The translations under genes were made by a program, and so were the position numbers. A model generated the notes under the pieces. The model had not been told where the DNA came from and searched no databases. It saw only the letters and a program-made list of their open reading frames with translations. 64,000 nt of DNA from Eledone cirrhosa (taxonomy: Eukaryota): positions 388,988,001-389,052,000 of the forward strand of contig OZ024741.1 in NCBI GenBank assembly GCA_964016885.1, in the 5' to 3' direction. Shown in pieces: positions 31,053 through 43,444 of the stretch; positions within the stretch are counted from its first letter, which is position 1; each line of letters begins with the position of its first letter.

Positions 31053-31389
31053 TATCATCATTTCATTTTACGTCCGCTTTTTCCCTGCTTGCAAGGGTGG
31101 GACGGGAACTGATTCTGGCGTGATTTCTACAGCTGGATGCCCTTCTTAACACCAACCTCATTTACAGTGAGCGCTGGGTGCTTTTTTGCCGTGGCACCTC
31201 CACGACCACTTTGCAGTGGAATGATATGGATCCCAGTCCCTATCATCTCATTTCTACAGCTGAGTAAACTGGAGCAATGTGAAATAAAGTGTCTTGTTCA
31301 AGGAAACAACACATCACCCGCTCTGAGAATTGAACTCACAACCTTTCGATTGCAAGGCCAATGCTCTAACCACTAAGCCATGTACCTCC
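31053..31389 (-). mobile_element. tRNA-derived SINE with RTE-derived tail
   Basis: A-box TGGCTTAGTGG, B-box GAGTTCAATTC, central TCCTTGAACAAGACACTTTAT core, 3' end CCGTCCCACCCTTGCAAGCAGGGAAAAAGCGGACGTAAAATG like the RTE end at 7217-7256. Confidence 0.85.
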
Positions 31390-31449
31390 TGTATATATAC
31401 ATATATATGTATATAGATATGTATATATATATATATGTATATAGATATG

Positions 31450-31489
<40 letters not shown>

Positions 31490-31825
31490 GTATATGTATA
31501 TAGATATGTATGTATATGTATATAGATATGTATGTATATATATATATTTGTATATAGATATGTATGTATATATATATATATAGATATTATGTATATGTAT
31601 ATAGATATGTATGTATATGTATATAGATATGTATGTATATGTATATATATATAGATATGTATGTATATGTATATATATATAGATATGTATGTATATGTAT
31701 ATATATATAGCTATGTATGTATATGTATATGTATATGTATGTATATGTATATATAGATATGTATGTATATGTATGTATTATATAGATATGTATGTATATG
31801 TATATATATATTTGTATGTATATGT

Positions 31826-34186
31826 ATCATCATCATCATCATCATCAACGTTTAACGTCCGTGTTCCACGCTTGCATGGGTTTGGACGGGGGTAGTCCCA
31901 CTTGAGGCAAGAGTGATTGTCTTGCTCGCATAGGACTGTCTGGCAGGTTTTCTACAGTTGGATGCCCTTCCTAACACCAACCACATTTACAGTGTGGGTC
32001 TGGGAGGTTTTTACCTTGTTGCCTACACGGCCACATTACAGCGTGGACTGTGTGTTTTTTTGTCGTGACACCTACACGATCTCATTTGTTTCGGCCTGGA
32101 TGGTGTGGCACCAACACAACTTTACATAGAACGGGGTGGCGTGGATGGGGTGGGGGTGGTGGGAGGGGGGGGGGGGGGGGGGGGGGTATTTTGTTAGAGA
32201 TGCCTACTGGTTGTAGTAGGTTTTACTATGTATTTAGGTAAGGCAGGTCTTCTCTGTTACTGAGTACCGCCAAAGGTCTCGGTCCAGTGACATTGTCTTG
32301 GAGAGGTGTAAGTGTGTGAGGTCAGAGTTTATCAGCTCGTCCCAGGTTTTTCTAGGTCTGCCTATTCCGTGGCTACCGTCTATCTTTATTGCCCTGCACT
32401 TTGTTATACAGCTATTGACTTTCATGCGCATCACGTGTCCATACCAACGTAGCCTTCTCTCGAGTAAACAACATCTGATCCCTCTTATTTCTAATTTTTT
32501 CCTTAGTTCGTTTATGCTTTGCCGTTCACGTATATTACTGTTACACATCCAGCGGTGCATGCAAGCTTCGTTCCTCTCTAGTCTGCGTATATCCTCTGCA
32601 CACAATGCCCAGGTCTCACTGCCATGCAGCATTGCTGTTCGTATGCAGGCATCGTACAACCTGCCTTTCATTTTTAGGGAGAACCCTTTAGCGGCTAATA
32701 GTGGTATAAGCTCTCTGAACTTTTTCCAACCAGTTCTGACTCTAGCTACTGTACTTTCAGAGTACCCTCCCCCACTGCTGATTTTATCACCCAGGTAACG
32801 GAAGCTGTCCACTATTTCTATAGAACCCTCTGCGCAATTGAAAGAGCTAGTATTTTGTGGGCACTTGCTGCTACTTATTGCACCAGAGCACCGGCCACAT
32901 GTAAAATCTATGTTCTTAGTTAGCTTACCTGTGATCCCACTACATCTTTTATGCACCCATACTTTGCATTTAGGACATAAAATGGAGTTTCTACCTACGC
33001 CTTTCCTACACACCGAGCACGACCATTTCCCTGAAGGGACCGCCGCCTTATTTTCTTTCCTACAAACTAGAACTTTAGTCTTAGCCAGGTTAATTTTAAG
33101 GCCTTTTGATTCTAGGCCGTGCTTCCATGTTTGGAATTTCTTCTCTAGCTCGGCCATTGATTCCGGTCTGAGTGTCAGGTCGTCTGCGTATAGGAGTTCC
33201 CATGGGCAGCCGGTCTTGAACTCCTCCGTTATAGCCTGAAGGGCAATAATAAATAGTAGGGGGCTGAGAACAGAGCCCTGATGGACACCAACTTTTACGC
33301 TAAACTCTTCACTATATTCGTTGTTAATTCTAACCTTGCTGACTGTTTCTTTATACATGGCTTGTATAGCTCTCACAAGCCATTCGTCAACGCCTAGTTT
33401 TCTAAGAGCCCACCAGATAATTGAGCGGGGGACTCTGTCGAAGGCTTTCTCCAAGTCGACAAAAGCTAAGTAGAGGGGTTTACCTTTAGCTAGGTACTTC
33501 TCCTGTAGTTGTCGTACAATGAAAAGAGCGTCTGTGGTACTTTTGCCTGACACAAACCCGAACTGCATTTCATCTAGGTCAATTCTCTCTCTGATTAGTT
33601 GTGCTATTACTTTTTCCGTGACCTTCATGACCTGGTCGATTAATTTAATGCCTCTATAGTTACTCCTATCTAGGGCGTCTCCTTTACCCTTATAACAGTT
33701 AACGATGATGCTGCTATGCCAGTCCTTCGGAACAACCCCATTCTGTACGACTTGGTTAACTATGCGGGTGACCATGGTGTGTCCCACCGTGCCAGATGCC
33801 TTCAGCATCTCAGCAACTATTTCCGAAGGCCCAGCCGCCTTACCCGTCTTCATATCCTTGATTGCCTTACTTATCATACTCCCCTCGACTAACACTGCTG
33901 GTCCCTCTATTATTGGGTCGATATGGGGGAGACTGTCTTTCTCCCATTTATTCTCCTCATTTAGTAGCCTTTCATAGTGACACTTCCAAGCTACCTTCTT
34001 ATCAGCGTCGGTGATGGCAAGTATGCCATCGTCGTTTAGTACACACTTCTCCCCGACAATATCACGGTTTTCCTTGACGCATTGCCTAGCAATCCTGAAC
34101 ACCTCACGTTTTTGGTCATCGCGTTGTAGAACATGCTTGAACTTTCTTTCCTCAGCTTCCCTTCTTCCTCAGCTTCCCTTCCCTGC
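31826..34186 (-). mobile_element. 5'-truncated RTE LINE, long-UTR subfamily
   Basis: Contains an open 622-aa RT frame; (GAT)n tail; ~17-bp tandem duplication at the 5' junction. Confidence 0.95.
32234..34102 (-). CDS. RTE reverse transcriptase (no APE domain; 5'-truncated) with PHD-like C4HC3 insertion
   Basis: [68 protein letters not shown]. Confidence 0.9.
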   Translation of the reverse strand: MFRIARQCVKENRDIVGEKCVLNDDGILAITDADKKVAWKCHYERLLNEENKWEKDSLPHIDPIIEGPAVLVEGSMISKAIKDMKTGKAAGPSEIVAEMLKASGTVGHTMVTRIVNQVVQNGVVPKDWHSSIIVNCYKGKGDALDRSNYRGIKLIDQVMKVTEKVIAQLIRERIDLDEMQFGFVSGKSTTDALFIVRQLQEKYLAKGKPLYLAFVDLEKAFDRVPRSIIWWALRKLGVDEWLVRAIQAMYKETVSKVRINNEYSEEFSVKVGVHQGSVLSPLLFIIALQAITEEFKTGCPWELLYADDLTLRPESMAELEKKFQTWKHGLESKGLKINLAKTKVLVCRKENKAAVPSGKWSCSVCRKGVGRNSILCPKCKVWVHKRCSGITGKLTKNIDFTCGRCSGAISSSKCPQNTSSFNCAEGSIEIVDSFRYLGDKISSGGGYSESTVARVRTGWKKFRELIPLLAAKGFSLKMKGRLYDACIRTAMLHGSETWALCAEDIRRLERNEACMHRWMCNSNIRERQSINELRKKLEIRGIRCCLLERRLRWYGHVMRMKVNSCITKCRAIKIDGSHGIGRPRKTWDELINSDLTHLHLSKTMSLDRDLWRYSVTEKTCLT

Positions 34187-34380
34187 ATGTATATATATAT
34201 ATATATGTATGTCATCATCATCATCATATGTATGTATGTATATATATGTGTATATGTATGTGTATATATATACATATATGTATGTATATGTATATATATG
34301 TATGTATATGTATATATGTATATATATATATATATGTATATGTACATATGTATGTATATATGTGTGTGTGTATGTATATG

Positions 34381-34965
34381 CACCGGGACATAGAAATAGT
34401 CGGGCTGGACACCCGATCGCGTGGTTAAACCACTGGGAGTGAAGGCCCCGTAGCCTTTGTCAGGGCATTTTTCTAGGAGAAGGCAACCCAGCAAACTGGG
34501 ATAACTCCAATATAAAACCTGCAGCTCAGTAGTTATCAATGATGTTGATCTTTTCTTCTTTTCGAGTTATAGCTACTGTTGCTCAGACAGTGGGATTGGC
34601 TCAGTGCACAGTCTTTCCTCACTTTAAAAAATATCTTCACACACAGGCATTGCATGATAGCATTTATTAATAATTATTAATAATGGTTTCTTATATGAGC
34701 ACAAGGCCAGCAATTTGGGAGTAAGGGAAAGGCGATTAAATCGAACCCAGTGCTTGACTGGTACTTTATTTTACCGACCCCGTAAGGATCAGAGGCAAAG
34801 TTAACCTCGGCTGGATTTGAACTCAGATCATAAAGGGCCGTAACTCTATGCTGCAAAGCATGGTGTCCGAACCTCTACCCATACTGCCAATCCACCGCCC
34901 TTAATAATTATTAATAATGATTTATCGTGCAATGGCCACACTCAATAACGAGGGGGCAGCCATCA
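34381..34965 (+). mobile_element. Diverged copy of the hairpin-ended repeat, interrupted by a SINE
   Basis: TAGCCTTTGTCAGGGC..TCTAGGAGAAGG..AATGATGTTGA..GTGGGA.TGGC..CACAGGCATTGC, and terminal ATGGC..CTC..GAG..CAGCCAT. Confidence 0.6.
34686..34900 (-). mobile_element. Full-length SINE (same family as 6611) between 19-bp direct repeats
   Basis: GGCGGTGGATTGGCAG head, GAGTTCAAATCC B-box, GTACCAGTCAAGCACTGGG core, GGCCTTGTGC tail; TTAATAATTATTAATAATG at both 34667-34685 and 34901-34919. Confidence 0.82.
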
Positions 34966-35019
34966 TATATATATATATGTATATATATATGTATATGCAG
35001 GTATGTATGTGTATATCTA

Positions 35020-35060
<41 letters not shown>

Positions 35061-35552
35061 ATATATATGTATATGTGTAGATATGGTATATATATATGTA
35101 TGTATATGTATATATATGTATATATGGTATATATATATATGTATGTATATGTATATATATGTATATATGGTATATATATACATGTATGTATATGTGTATA
35201 TATGTATATATATGTGTATATATGTATATATATATATATATGTGTGTATATATGTGTATATATGTGTATATATGTATATATATATATGTGTATATATGTA
35301 TATATATATATATGTGTATATATGTATATATATATATATATATGTGTATATATGTATATATATATATATGTGTATATATGTATATATATATATGTATATA
35401 TATGTGTATATATGTATATATATATATGTATATATATGTGTATATATGTATATATATGTGTATATGTATATATATATATATGTGTATATATATGTATATA
35501 TATGTGTATATATATATATGTGTATATATATATATGTGTATATATGTATATA

Positions 35553-35593
<41 letters not shown>

Positions 35594-35613
35594 GTGTATA
35601 TATGTATATGTAT

Positions 35614-35648
<35 letters not shown>

Positions 35649-35950
35649 AGTATATATGTATATGTATATATATATGTTTATATATGTATATGTATATATA
35701 TGTGTGTGTATATATATATATGTATATATGTGTATATATATATATGTATATATGTGTATATATATGTATATTTATATATGTGTATATATGTGTATATATA
35801 TGTATATATATGTGTATATATATATATGTGTATATATGTATATATATGTGTATATGGGTATATATGTATATGTATATGTATATATATGTATATGTATATA
35901 TATATGTGTATATATGTATATGTATATATATGTGTATATATATATATGTG

Positions 35951-35984
<34 letters not shown>

Positions 35985-36060
35985 TATGTATATATGTGTA
36001 TATATATATATATGTATATATCTGTGTATATGTATATATATATGTATATATATATATATA

Positions 36061-36356
36061 TGTCAGGTCACCAGTTGGTGCTACTGCTAACATGTATCCC
36101 AGTACAACCTGTCTCATGGTCGGGTCGTTGGCGACTAAACTGGCAACCCCACCAAGGTTTCTTGGTGAGGCGGGTGACTTTGGACATCCTGCAGGACTAA
36201 AAACAAAACCTGTCAAAGGGCAAAGGAGCTCTTAAGAGTCAATGGCCATCCAAAATCACCGGGAGAGATGACCCTTTAGCCTTTGTCAAGGCAGAATTCT
36301 AGGAGAAGGAAAACTGTGATATAACACCGTCAACTCTGATGGTATCCAATGATGTT
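36061..36356 (+). mobile_element. 5'-extended part of the hairpin-ended repeat
   Basis: Last ~95 bp match 30500-30597; fused to an RTE UTR. Confidence 0.6.
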
Positions 36357-37082
36357 TTCTACGGCTGGATGCCCTTCCTAACACCAACCACATTTACAGT
36401 GTGGAATTGGGAACTTTTTACCATGTTATCTACACGGCCACTTTACAGCCTGGTCTGTGTGTTTTTTTCTCGTGACACCTACACGATCTCGATCTCATTA
36501 TCTCATTTAATTAGACTGGATGTTGTGATACCAACTTTACAGAGAGAGGGTGGTGTTGGTGGGAATGGGAGGTTAGGGTATGGGTAGTGTATTGGGGTGT
36601 ATATTTGGTTAAGAGGTGTCAACTGATATTGTCTTAGGGAGGTGCAAGTGTGTAAGGTCGGAATTTATCAGATCGTCCCAGCTTTTTCTGGGTCTACCTT
36701 CTCCGTAACTACCATCAAATATGATCGCCCTGCACTTTTTTATACAGCTGTCGTCTTCCATGCGCATCACGTGGCCATATCAACGTAGTCTTCTCTCAAG
36801 TAAACAGCATCTGATCCCCCTTATTCCTAATTTCTCATTTAGTTCATTTATGCTTTGCCGTTCACGTATATTATTATTACACATCCAACGGAGCATGCAT
36901 GCTTCGTTCCTTTCCAGTCTATGCAGGTACTCTGCACACAATGCCCATGTCTCACTGCCATGTAGCATTGCTGTTCGTATACAAGCATCATACAATCTAC
37001 CTTTCATTTTTAGAGAGAAACCTTTTGTGGCCAACAGCGGCATAAGCTCTCTGATATTTTTACATCCCATTCTGACTCTGGC
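36352..37082 (-). mobile_element. Decayed RTE 3' fragment
   Basis: [26 protein letters not shown], plus UTR motif GGATGCCCTTCCTAACACCAACC. Confidence 0.85.
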
Positions 37083-37197
37083 TATATATATATATGTATA
37101 TGTGTGTATATATGTATATATATGTATATGTGTGTATATGTATATATATATATGTATATGTAATATAAGATCAAAAGATGGTTAAAGGAGTTCCATG

Positions 37198-37268
37198 TAT
37201 TTTATTATGCGCATTTCAAAAACAAACATCATCAAGCAATAATATTTGTGTTTTCATCAGATAAAACA
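37198..37268 (-). ncRNA. Type-I hammerhead ribozyme (TGCGCA family)
   Basis: Same motif as 14238-14308. Confidence 0.75.
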
Positions 37269-37481
37269 GGAGAACATGATATGAAGGCTAAAAAACACTT
37301 GTGGATAGTGCAGTTTTAAATCAACATATGAAAAGTGGTTTTAGATTGATGTGTGATATTGGGAAAAATATTTTATTTAGAGAGGGGGGGTGGAAAGGAT
37401 GAAAAAGGGGAGGAGATGAGAGGGAGAGATGGGTGATAGAGAGAAAGAAAGAGATAGTTTTTATAACTGAGAGGAGATATA

Positions 37482-38492
37482 TTGTTTTACATAGAGAGGT
37501 TGAAAACCGGCTATCCAGATAAAATCAAATATAGTAAAGAAACAAATTCTAGAAAAACTTACAGTGGAAGAATTAATCATGATCATTCCAATAATTTTAA
37601 TAAAAGACCTAGATACAAAAACATAATCTGGTATAATGCTCCTTTCTCCATCTCTATTAATAACAATATTCCTAAATTATTTTTTAGTGCCTTAAATAAA
37701 TGCTTCCCTCCCTCACATATCTATAGTAAAATATTTAACAAACACACCATCAAATTTTCTTATTCTACATCCTCCAATATTTCCAACATCATCTCTAAAC
37801 ACAACAATAAAATACTAAATACTAAATCTCTTCCTTCCAACATTGAATTTCATAATAACAGTAATAGTACTCCCGACGTCATTGTAAACCCTAGGCTAAC
37901 TTCTGTAAACACAAATACAACGTCAAACACAACTTCGCTAAATGTTCATAATCCAACTCTAAATCAAGAAACTATTATTCCTATTATTCCTATCGCAAAC
38001 AACTTCTCCAATCCAATTCCTTCTATAGATAACACTAGGTCACTCATTAATAATCTCTCTAATTGCAACTGCCGCATTAAAAATAAATGTCCTCTCAACA
38101 ACCATTGTCTCGATAAAAACTTAATTTATGAATGTAAAATTATAACTAGCATCAATTCCTTCACCTATTTTGGCTCCACTTCCACCTCTTTTAAAGCTCG
38201 TCTCTATAATCATCATTCATCTTTCAAATACAAACTTAAAAGAACCAACACTGCTCTCTCAGAACTCATATGGTCCTTAAAAGACAAAAACATTAAATAT
38301 ACCATCTTTTGGAAGAAGGTTTCTTCTGCATCCTCATACTTGAACAGCTCTCTATCTAAAATCTGTAATCTCTGCCTAAATGAAAAATTTACCATTATCT
38401 TTAACCTAGATTCTATAATAAATAGACGTACAGATTTATTTTCTATCTGCCTGCATAAATTCCATAGAACTTTTCACAAAGTATACAGTTAA
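37482..38492 (+). CDS. PLE C-terminal linker + GIY-YIG endonuclease (5'-truncated; WYN.PF / CNCR..CPL type)
   Basis: IIWYNAPFS, FPP.H...KIFN..T.K.SYS, CNCR..CPL..CL..NLIY..YFG..FK.R..NH..SF, T.LS..IW.LK, CNLCLNEK, N.R..L...C.H; first ~9 codons derive from the inverted arm. Confidence 0.85.
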   Translation: MFYIERLKTGYPDKIKYSKETNSRKTYSGRINHDHSNNFNKRPRYKNIIWYNAPFSISINNNIPKLFFSALNKCFPPSHIYSKIFNKHTIKFSYSTSSNISNIISKHNNKILNTKSLPSNIEFHNNSNSTPDVIVNPRLTSVNTNTTSNTTSLNVHNPTLNQETIIPIIPIANNFSNPIPSIDNTRSLINNLSNCNCRIKNKCPLNNHCLDKNLIYECKIITSINSFTYFGSTSTSFKARLYNHHSSFKYKLKRTNTALSELIWSLKDKNIKYTIFWKKVSSASSYLNSSLSKICNLCLNEKFTIIFNLDSIINRRTDLFSICLHKFHRTFHKVYS

Positions 38493-39471
38493 TATTCAAT
38501 TCTTTATCAATTTAGAATCTTTTCTCAAAGGCACATATACATACACCTCTTTAAAATATACCCATCTTCCCACCTTACTTTAAAGGGCATTATACACTCT
38601 ATAATACTTGTTTACTCATTACCCTCATTCTATCTTCACCTTGTAAAATCCTTCATAACATATACATTTATTTTTTTGACGTTAGAATATTCATCTGCAA
38701 TCATTATTATTTTTTCTCTCTATCATAAATCTTTTTAATCTCAATTTCATCCTTAATTTATTATATTTTTTTTCTCCCCATCAACGAACTCATTCTTAAT
38801 ACATATTAACTCTTTATCAATTCCTTCAATATACAAACTTTAACTTCACATTATTTTTCTCAAATCCTTCTACACACAAACCTTAATAATTTTTCTCTTC
38901 GTTAATTTTGAAATTGCCACAATACTTATCAACACACACTTTTTTTGACGTTAGAATATTCATCCACAATTATTATTTTTTTCTCTCTATCTTCATACAT
39001 AAATTCCCTTCGTTAATTTTCAAATTCCTTTAATTTATGTAAAACAATATATCTTTTTCTCAGTTATAAAAACTATCTCTTTCTCTCTATCACCCATCTC
39101 TCCCTCTCCACCTTCACTCTCATCTCCTCCCCCTCTTTCATCCCCCCCCCCTCCATAAATAAAATATTCTTTCCTCGCACATATCCTCCCTTCGTTAATT
39201 TCAAATTTTTAATTTATACATTATCTTCCAACGGTTTTCAACCTCTCTATGTAAAACAATATATCTCCTCTCAGTTATAAAAACTATCTCTTTCTTTCTC
39301 TCTATCACCCATCTCTCCCTCTCATCTCCTCCCCTTTTTCATCCTTTCCACCCCCTCCCTCTCTAAATAAAATATTTTTCCCAATATCACACATCAATCT
39401 AAAACCACTTTTCATATGTTGATTTAAAACTGCACTATCCACAAGTGTTTTTTAGCCTTCATATCATGTTC

Positions 39472-39542
39472 TGTTTTATCTGATGAAAACACAAATATTA
39501 TTGCTTGATGATGTTTGTTTTTGAAATGCGCATAATAAAATA
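39472..39542 (+). ncRNA. Type-I hammerhead ribozyme (TGCGCA family)
   Basis: TGTTTTAT-CTGATGA-stem II-GAAA-TGCGCA-TA-ATAAAATA. Confidence 0.78.
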
Positions 39543-39689
39543 CATGGAACTCCTTTAACCATCTTTTGATCTTATATTATGTATACTCCAGTCCTACAAA
39601 CTGTAGTGTGCTTCTTATCCGATATCTGCATTGCTTTATTGTACTACAATAAAACTCACCTCCTACACTATGTATATGTATATATATGT

Positions 39690-40025
39690 ATCATCATCAT
39701 CATTTTACGTCCACTTTTCCCTGCTTGCAAGGGTGGGACGGGAACTAATGCCGGCTTGATTTCTACAGCTGGATGCCCTTCCTAACACCAACCTCATTTA
39801 CAGTGAGCTGGGTGCTTTTTCGCCGTGTCACCTCCACGACCACTTTACAGTGGAATGATATGGACCCCAGTCTCTCTATCATCTCATTTCTACAACTGAG
39901 TAAACTGGAGCAATGTGAAATAAAGTGTCTTGCTCAAGGAAACAACACATCACCCGCTCTGAGAATTGAACTCGCAACCTTTCGATTGCAAGGCCAATGC
40001 TCTAACCACTAAGCCCTATGCCTCC
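39690..40025 (-). mobile_element. tRNA-derived SINE with RTE tail, copy 2
   Basis: Highly similar to 31053-31389. Confidence 0.85.
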
Positions 40026-40097
40026 ATGTATGTGTATATATGTATATGTGTATATATGTATATGTGTATATATGTATATGTGTATATATGTATATGT

Positions 40098-42513
40098 GTC
40101 ATCATCATCATCATCATCATCAACGTTTAACGTCTGTGTTCCACGCTTGCATGGGTTTGGACGGGGGTTTTCCCACTCGAGGCAAGAATGATTGTCTTGC
40201 TCGCATAGGACTGTCTGGCAGATTTTCTACAGTTTGATGCCCTTCCTAACACCAACCACATTTACAGTGTGGGTCTGGGAGGTTTTTACCGTGTTGTCTA
40301 CACGGCCACATTACAGCGTGGACTGTGTGTTTTTTTGTCGTGACACTTACACGATCTCATTTGTTTTGGCCTGGATGGTGTGGCACCAACATAACTTTAC
40401 ATAGAAGGGGGGTGGTGTGGATGGGGTGGGGTTGGTGGGACGGGGGTGTATTTTGTTAGAGATGCCTACTGACTGTAGTAGGTTTTACTTTGTATTTAGG
40501 TAAGGCGGGTCTTCTCTATTACTGAGTACCGCCAAAGGTCTCGGTCCAGTGACATTGTCTTGGTGAGGTGTAAGTGTGTGAGGTCGGAGTTTATCAGCTC
40601 GTCCCAGGTTTTTCTGGGTCTGCCTATTCCATGGCTACCGTCTATCTTTATTGCCCTGCACTTTGTTATACAGCTATCGTCCTTCATGCGCATCACATGA
40701 CCATACCAACGTAGCCTTCTCTCTAGTAAACAACATCTGATCCCTCTTATTTCTAATTTTTTCCTTAGTTCGTTTATGCTTTGTCGTTCACGTATATTAC
40801 TATTACACATCCAGCGGAGCATGCAAGCTTCGTTTCTCTCTAGTCTGCGTATATCCTCTGCACACAATGCCCAGGTCTCACTGCCATGCAACATTGCTGT
40901 TCGTATGCAGGCATCGTACAGCCTGCCTTTCATTTTTAGGGAGAACCCTTTAGCGGCTAATAGTGGTATAAGCTCTCTGAACTTTTTCCACCCAGTTCTG
41001 ACTCTAGCTACTGTACTTTCAGAGCACCCTCCCCCACTGCTGATTTTGTCACCCAGGTAACGGAAGCTGTCCACTATTTCAATAGAACCCTCTGCGCAGT
41101 TGAAAGAGTTAGTATTTTGTGGGCACTTGCTGCTACTTATTGCCCCAGAACACCGGCCACAAGTAAAATCTATGTTCTTAGTTAGCTTACCTGTGATCCC
41201 ACTACATCTTTTATGCACCCAAACTTTGCATTTGGGACACAAAATGGAATTTCTACCTACGCCTTTCCTACACTCTGCGCATGGCCACTTCCCGGAGGGG
41301 ACCGCCGCCTTATTTTCTTTTTACAAACTAGAACTTTAGTCTTAGCCAGGTTAATTTTAAGGCCTTTTGATTCTAGGCCGTGCTTCCATGTTTGGAATTT
41401 CTTCTCTAGCTCGGCCATTGATTCAGCTATGAGCGTTAGATCATCTGCGTATAGGAGTTCCCATGGGCAGCCGGTCGTGAACTCCACTGTTATAGCCTGG
41501 AGGGCAATAATAAATAGTAGGGGGCTAAGAACAGAGCCCTGATGAACACCAACTTTTACACTAAACTCTTCACTATATTCGTTGTTAATTCTAACCTAGC
41601 TGACTGTTTCTTTATACATGGCTTGTATAGCTCTCACAAGCCATTCATCAACACCTAGTTTTCTAAGAGCCCACCAGATAATGGAACGGGGGACTCTGTC
41701 GAAGGCCTTCTCCAAGTCGACGAAAGCTAAGTATATGGGTTTACTTTTAGCTAGGTACTTCTCCTGTAGTTGTCGTACAATGAAAAGAGCGTCTGTGGTA
41801 CTTTTTCCTGACACAAACCCGAACTGCATTTCATCTAGATCAATTCGCTCTCTGATTAGTTGCGCTATTACTTTTTCCGTGACCTTCATGACCTGGTCGA
41901 TTAATTTAATGCCTCTATAGTTACTCCTATCTAGGGCATCTCCTTTACCCTTATAACAGTTAACGATAATGCTGCTACGCCAGTCCTTCGGAACAACCCC
42001 ATTCTGTATGACTTGGTTGACTATCCGGGTGACCATGGTGTCTCCCACCGTACCAGATGCCTTCAACATCTCGGCAACTATTTCCGAAGGCCCAGCCGCC
42101 TTGCCTGTCTTCATATCTTTGATTGCCTTACTTATTATACTACCCTCGACTAACACTGCTGGTCCCTCTATTGGGTCGATGTGGGGGAGACTGTCTTTCT
42201 CCCATTTATTCTCCTCATTTAGTAGCCTTTCATAGTGACACTTCCAAGCTACCTTCTTATCGGCGTCGGTGATGGCAAGTACGCCGTCATCGTTAAGTAC
42301 ACACTTCTCCCCGACAATATCACTGTTTTCCTTGACACATTGCCTAGCAATCCTGAACACCTCACGTTTTTGGTCCTCACGTTGTAGAACATGCTTGAAC
42401 TTTCTTTCCTCTGCTTCCCTTCTTGCGAAGTACACTTGTCTCCTAGCTTCCCTCCTGGCCACTTGATAGTCTTCTCTGCTTCCCCCATCCCGCCATACTT
42501 TCCAAGCCTGCTT
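40098..42513 (-). mobile_element. 5'-truncated RTE LINE (nonsense at ~41596, frameshift at ~41320)
   Basis: Highly similar to 31826-34165; RT motifs spread over three ORF pieces. Confidence 0.95.
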
Positions 42514-42514
42514 A

Positions 42515-42571
<57 letters not shown>

Positions 42572-42734
42572 ATATATATATATGTATATGTGTATATATG
42601 TATATATATATATATGTGTATATATATATATGTATATGTGTATATATGTATATATATATATATATATGTGTATATATATATGTGTATATGTATATATGTA
42701 TATGTATATATATGTATATATATATGTATATATG

Positions 42735-42767
<33 letters not shown>

Positions 42768-42776
42768 GTATATATG

Positions 42777-42825
<49 letters not shown>

Positions 42826-42834
42826 GTATATATG

Positions 42835-42867
<33 letters not shown>

Positions 42868-42884
42868 GTATATATGTATATATG

Positions 42885-42919
<35 letters not shown>

Positions 42920-42936
42920 GTATATATGTATATATG

Positions 42937-42967
<31 letters not shown>

Positions 42968-43412
42968 GTATATATGTATATGTATATATGTATATATATA
43001 TATGTGTGTGTATATATATATATATATGTATATGTGTATATATGTATATATATATACATATATATATATATGTGTATATATATATGTATATATATATATA
43101 TATGTGTATATATATGTGTATTTATATATATATATATATGTGTATATATATATGTATATATATGTGTATATATATATGTATATATATGTGTATATATATA
43201 TGTATATATATATATATGTGTATATATATGTGTATATATGTGTATATATGTATATATATATATATGTGTATATATGTATATATATATATATGTGTATATA
43301 TATATATATGTGTATATATGTGTATATATGTATATATATATATGTGTGTATATATGTATATACATATATATGTGTATATATGTATATATATATATGTGTG
43401 TATATATGTGTG

Positions 43413-43444
<32 letters not shown>

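Larger units (their letters stand above)
37161..39668 (+). mobile_element. 5'-truncated PLE with ~350-bp inverted pseudo-LTR
   Basis: 37161-37509 is the reverse complement of 39232-39579; encloses a GIY-YIG ORF and a 3' UTR with internal direct repeats. Confidence 0.88.

Noticed and set aside
31320-31389. tRNA gene
   Set aside because: No acceptor stem; continues into a SINE core and LINE tail
32133-32187. G-quadruplex-like G tract
   Set aside because: Expansion of a G-rich stretch in the RTE UTR that is much shorter in sister copies; possibly a homopolymer artefact
36065-36180. HDV-like ribozyme around ACC-TGTCTCAT-GGT
   Set aside because: Could not build consistent P1, P1.1 and P2 pairings by eye
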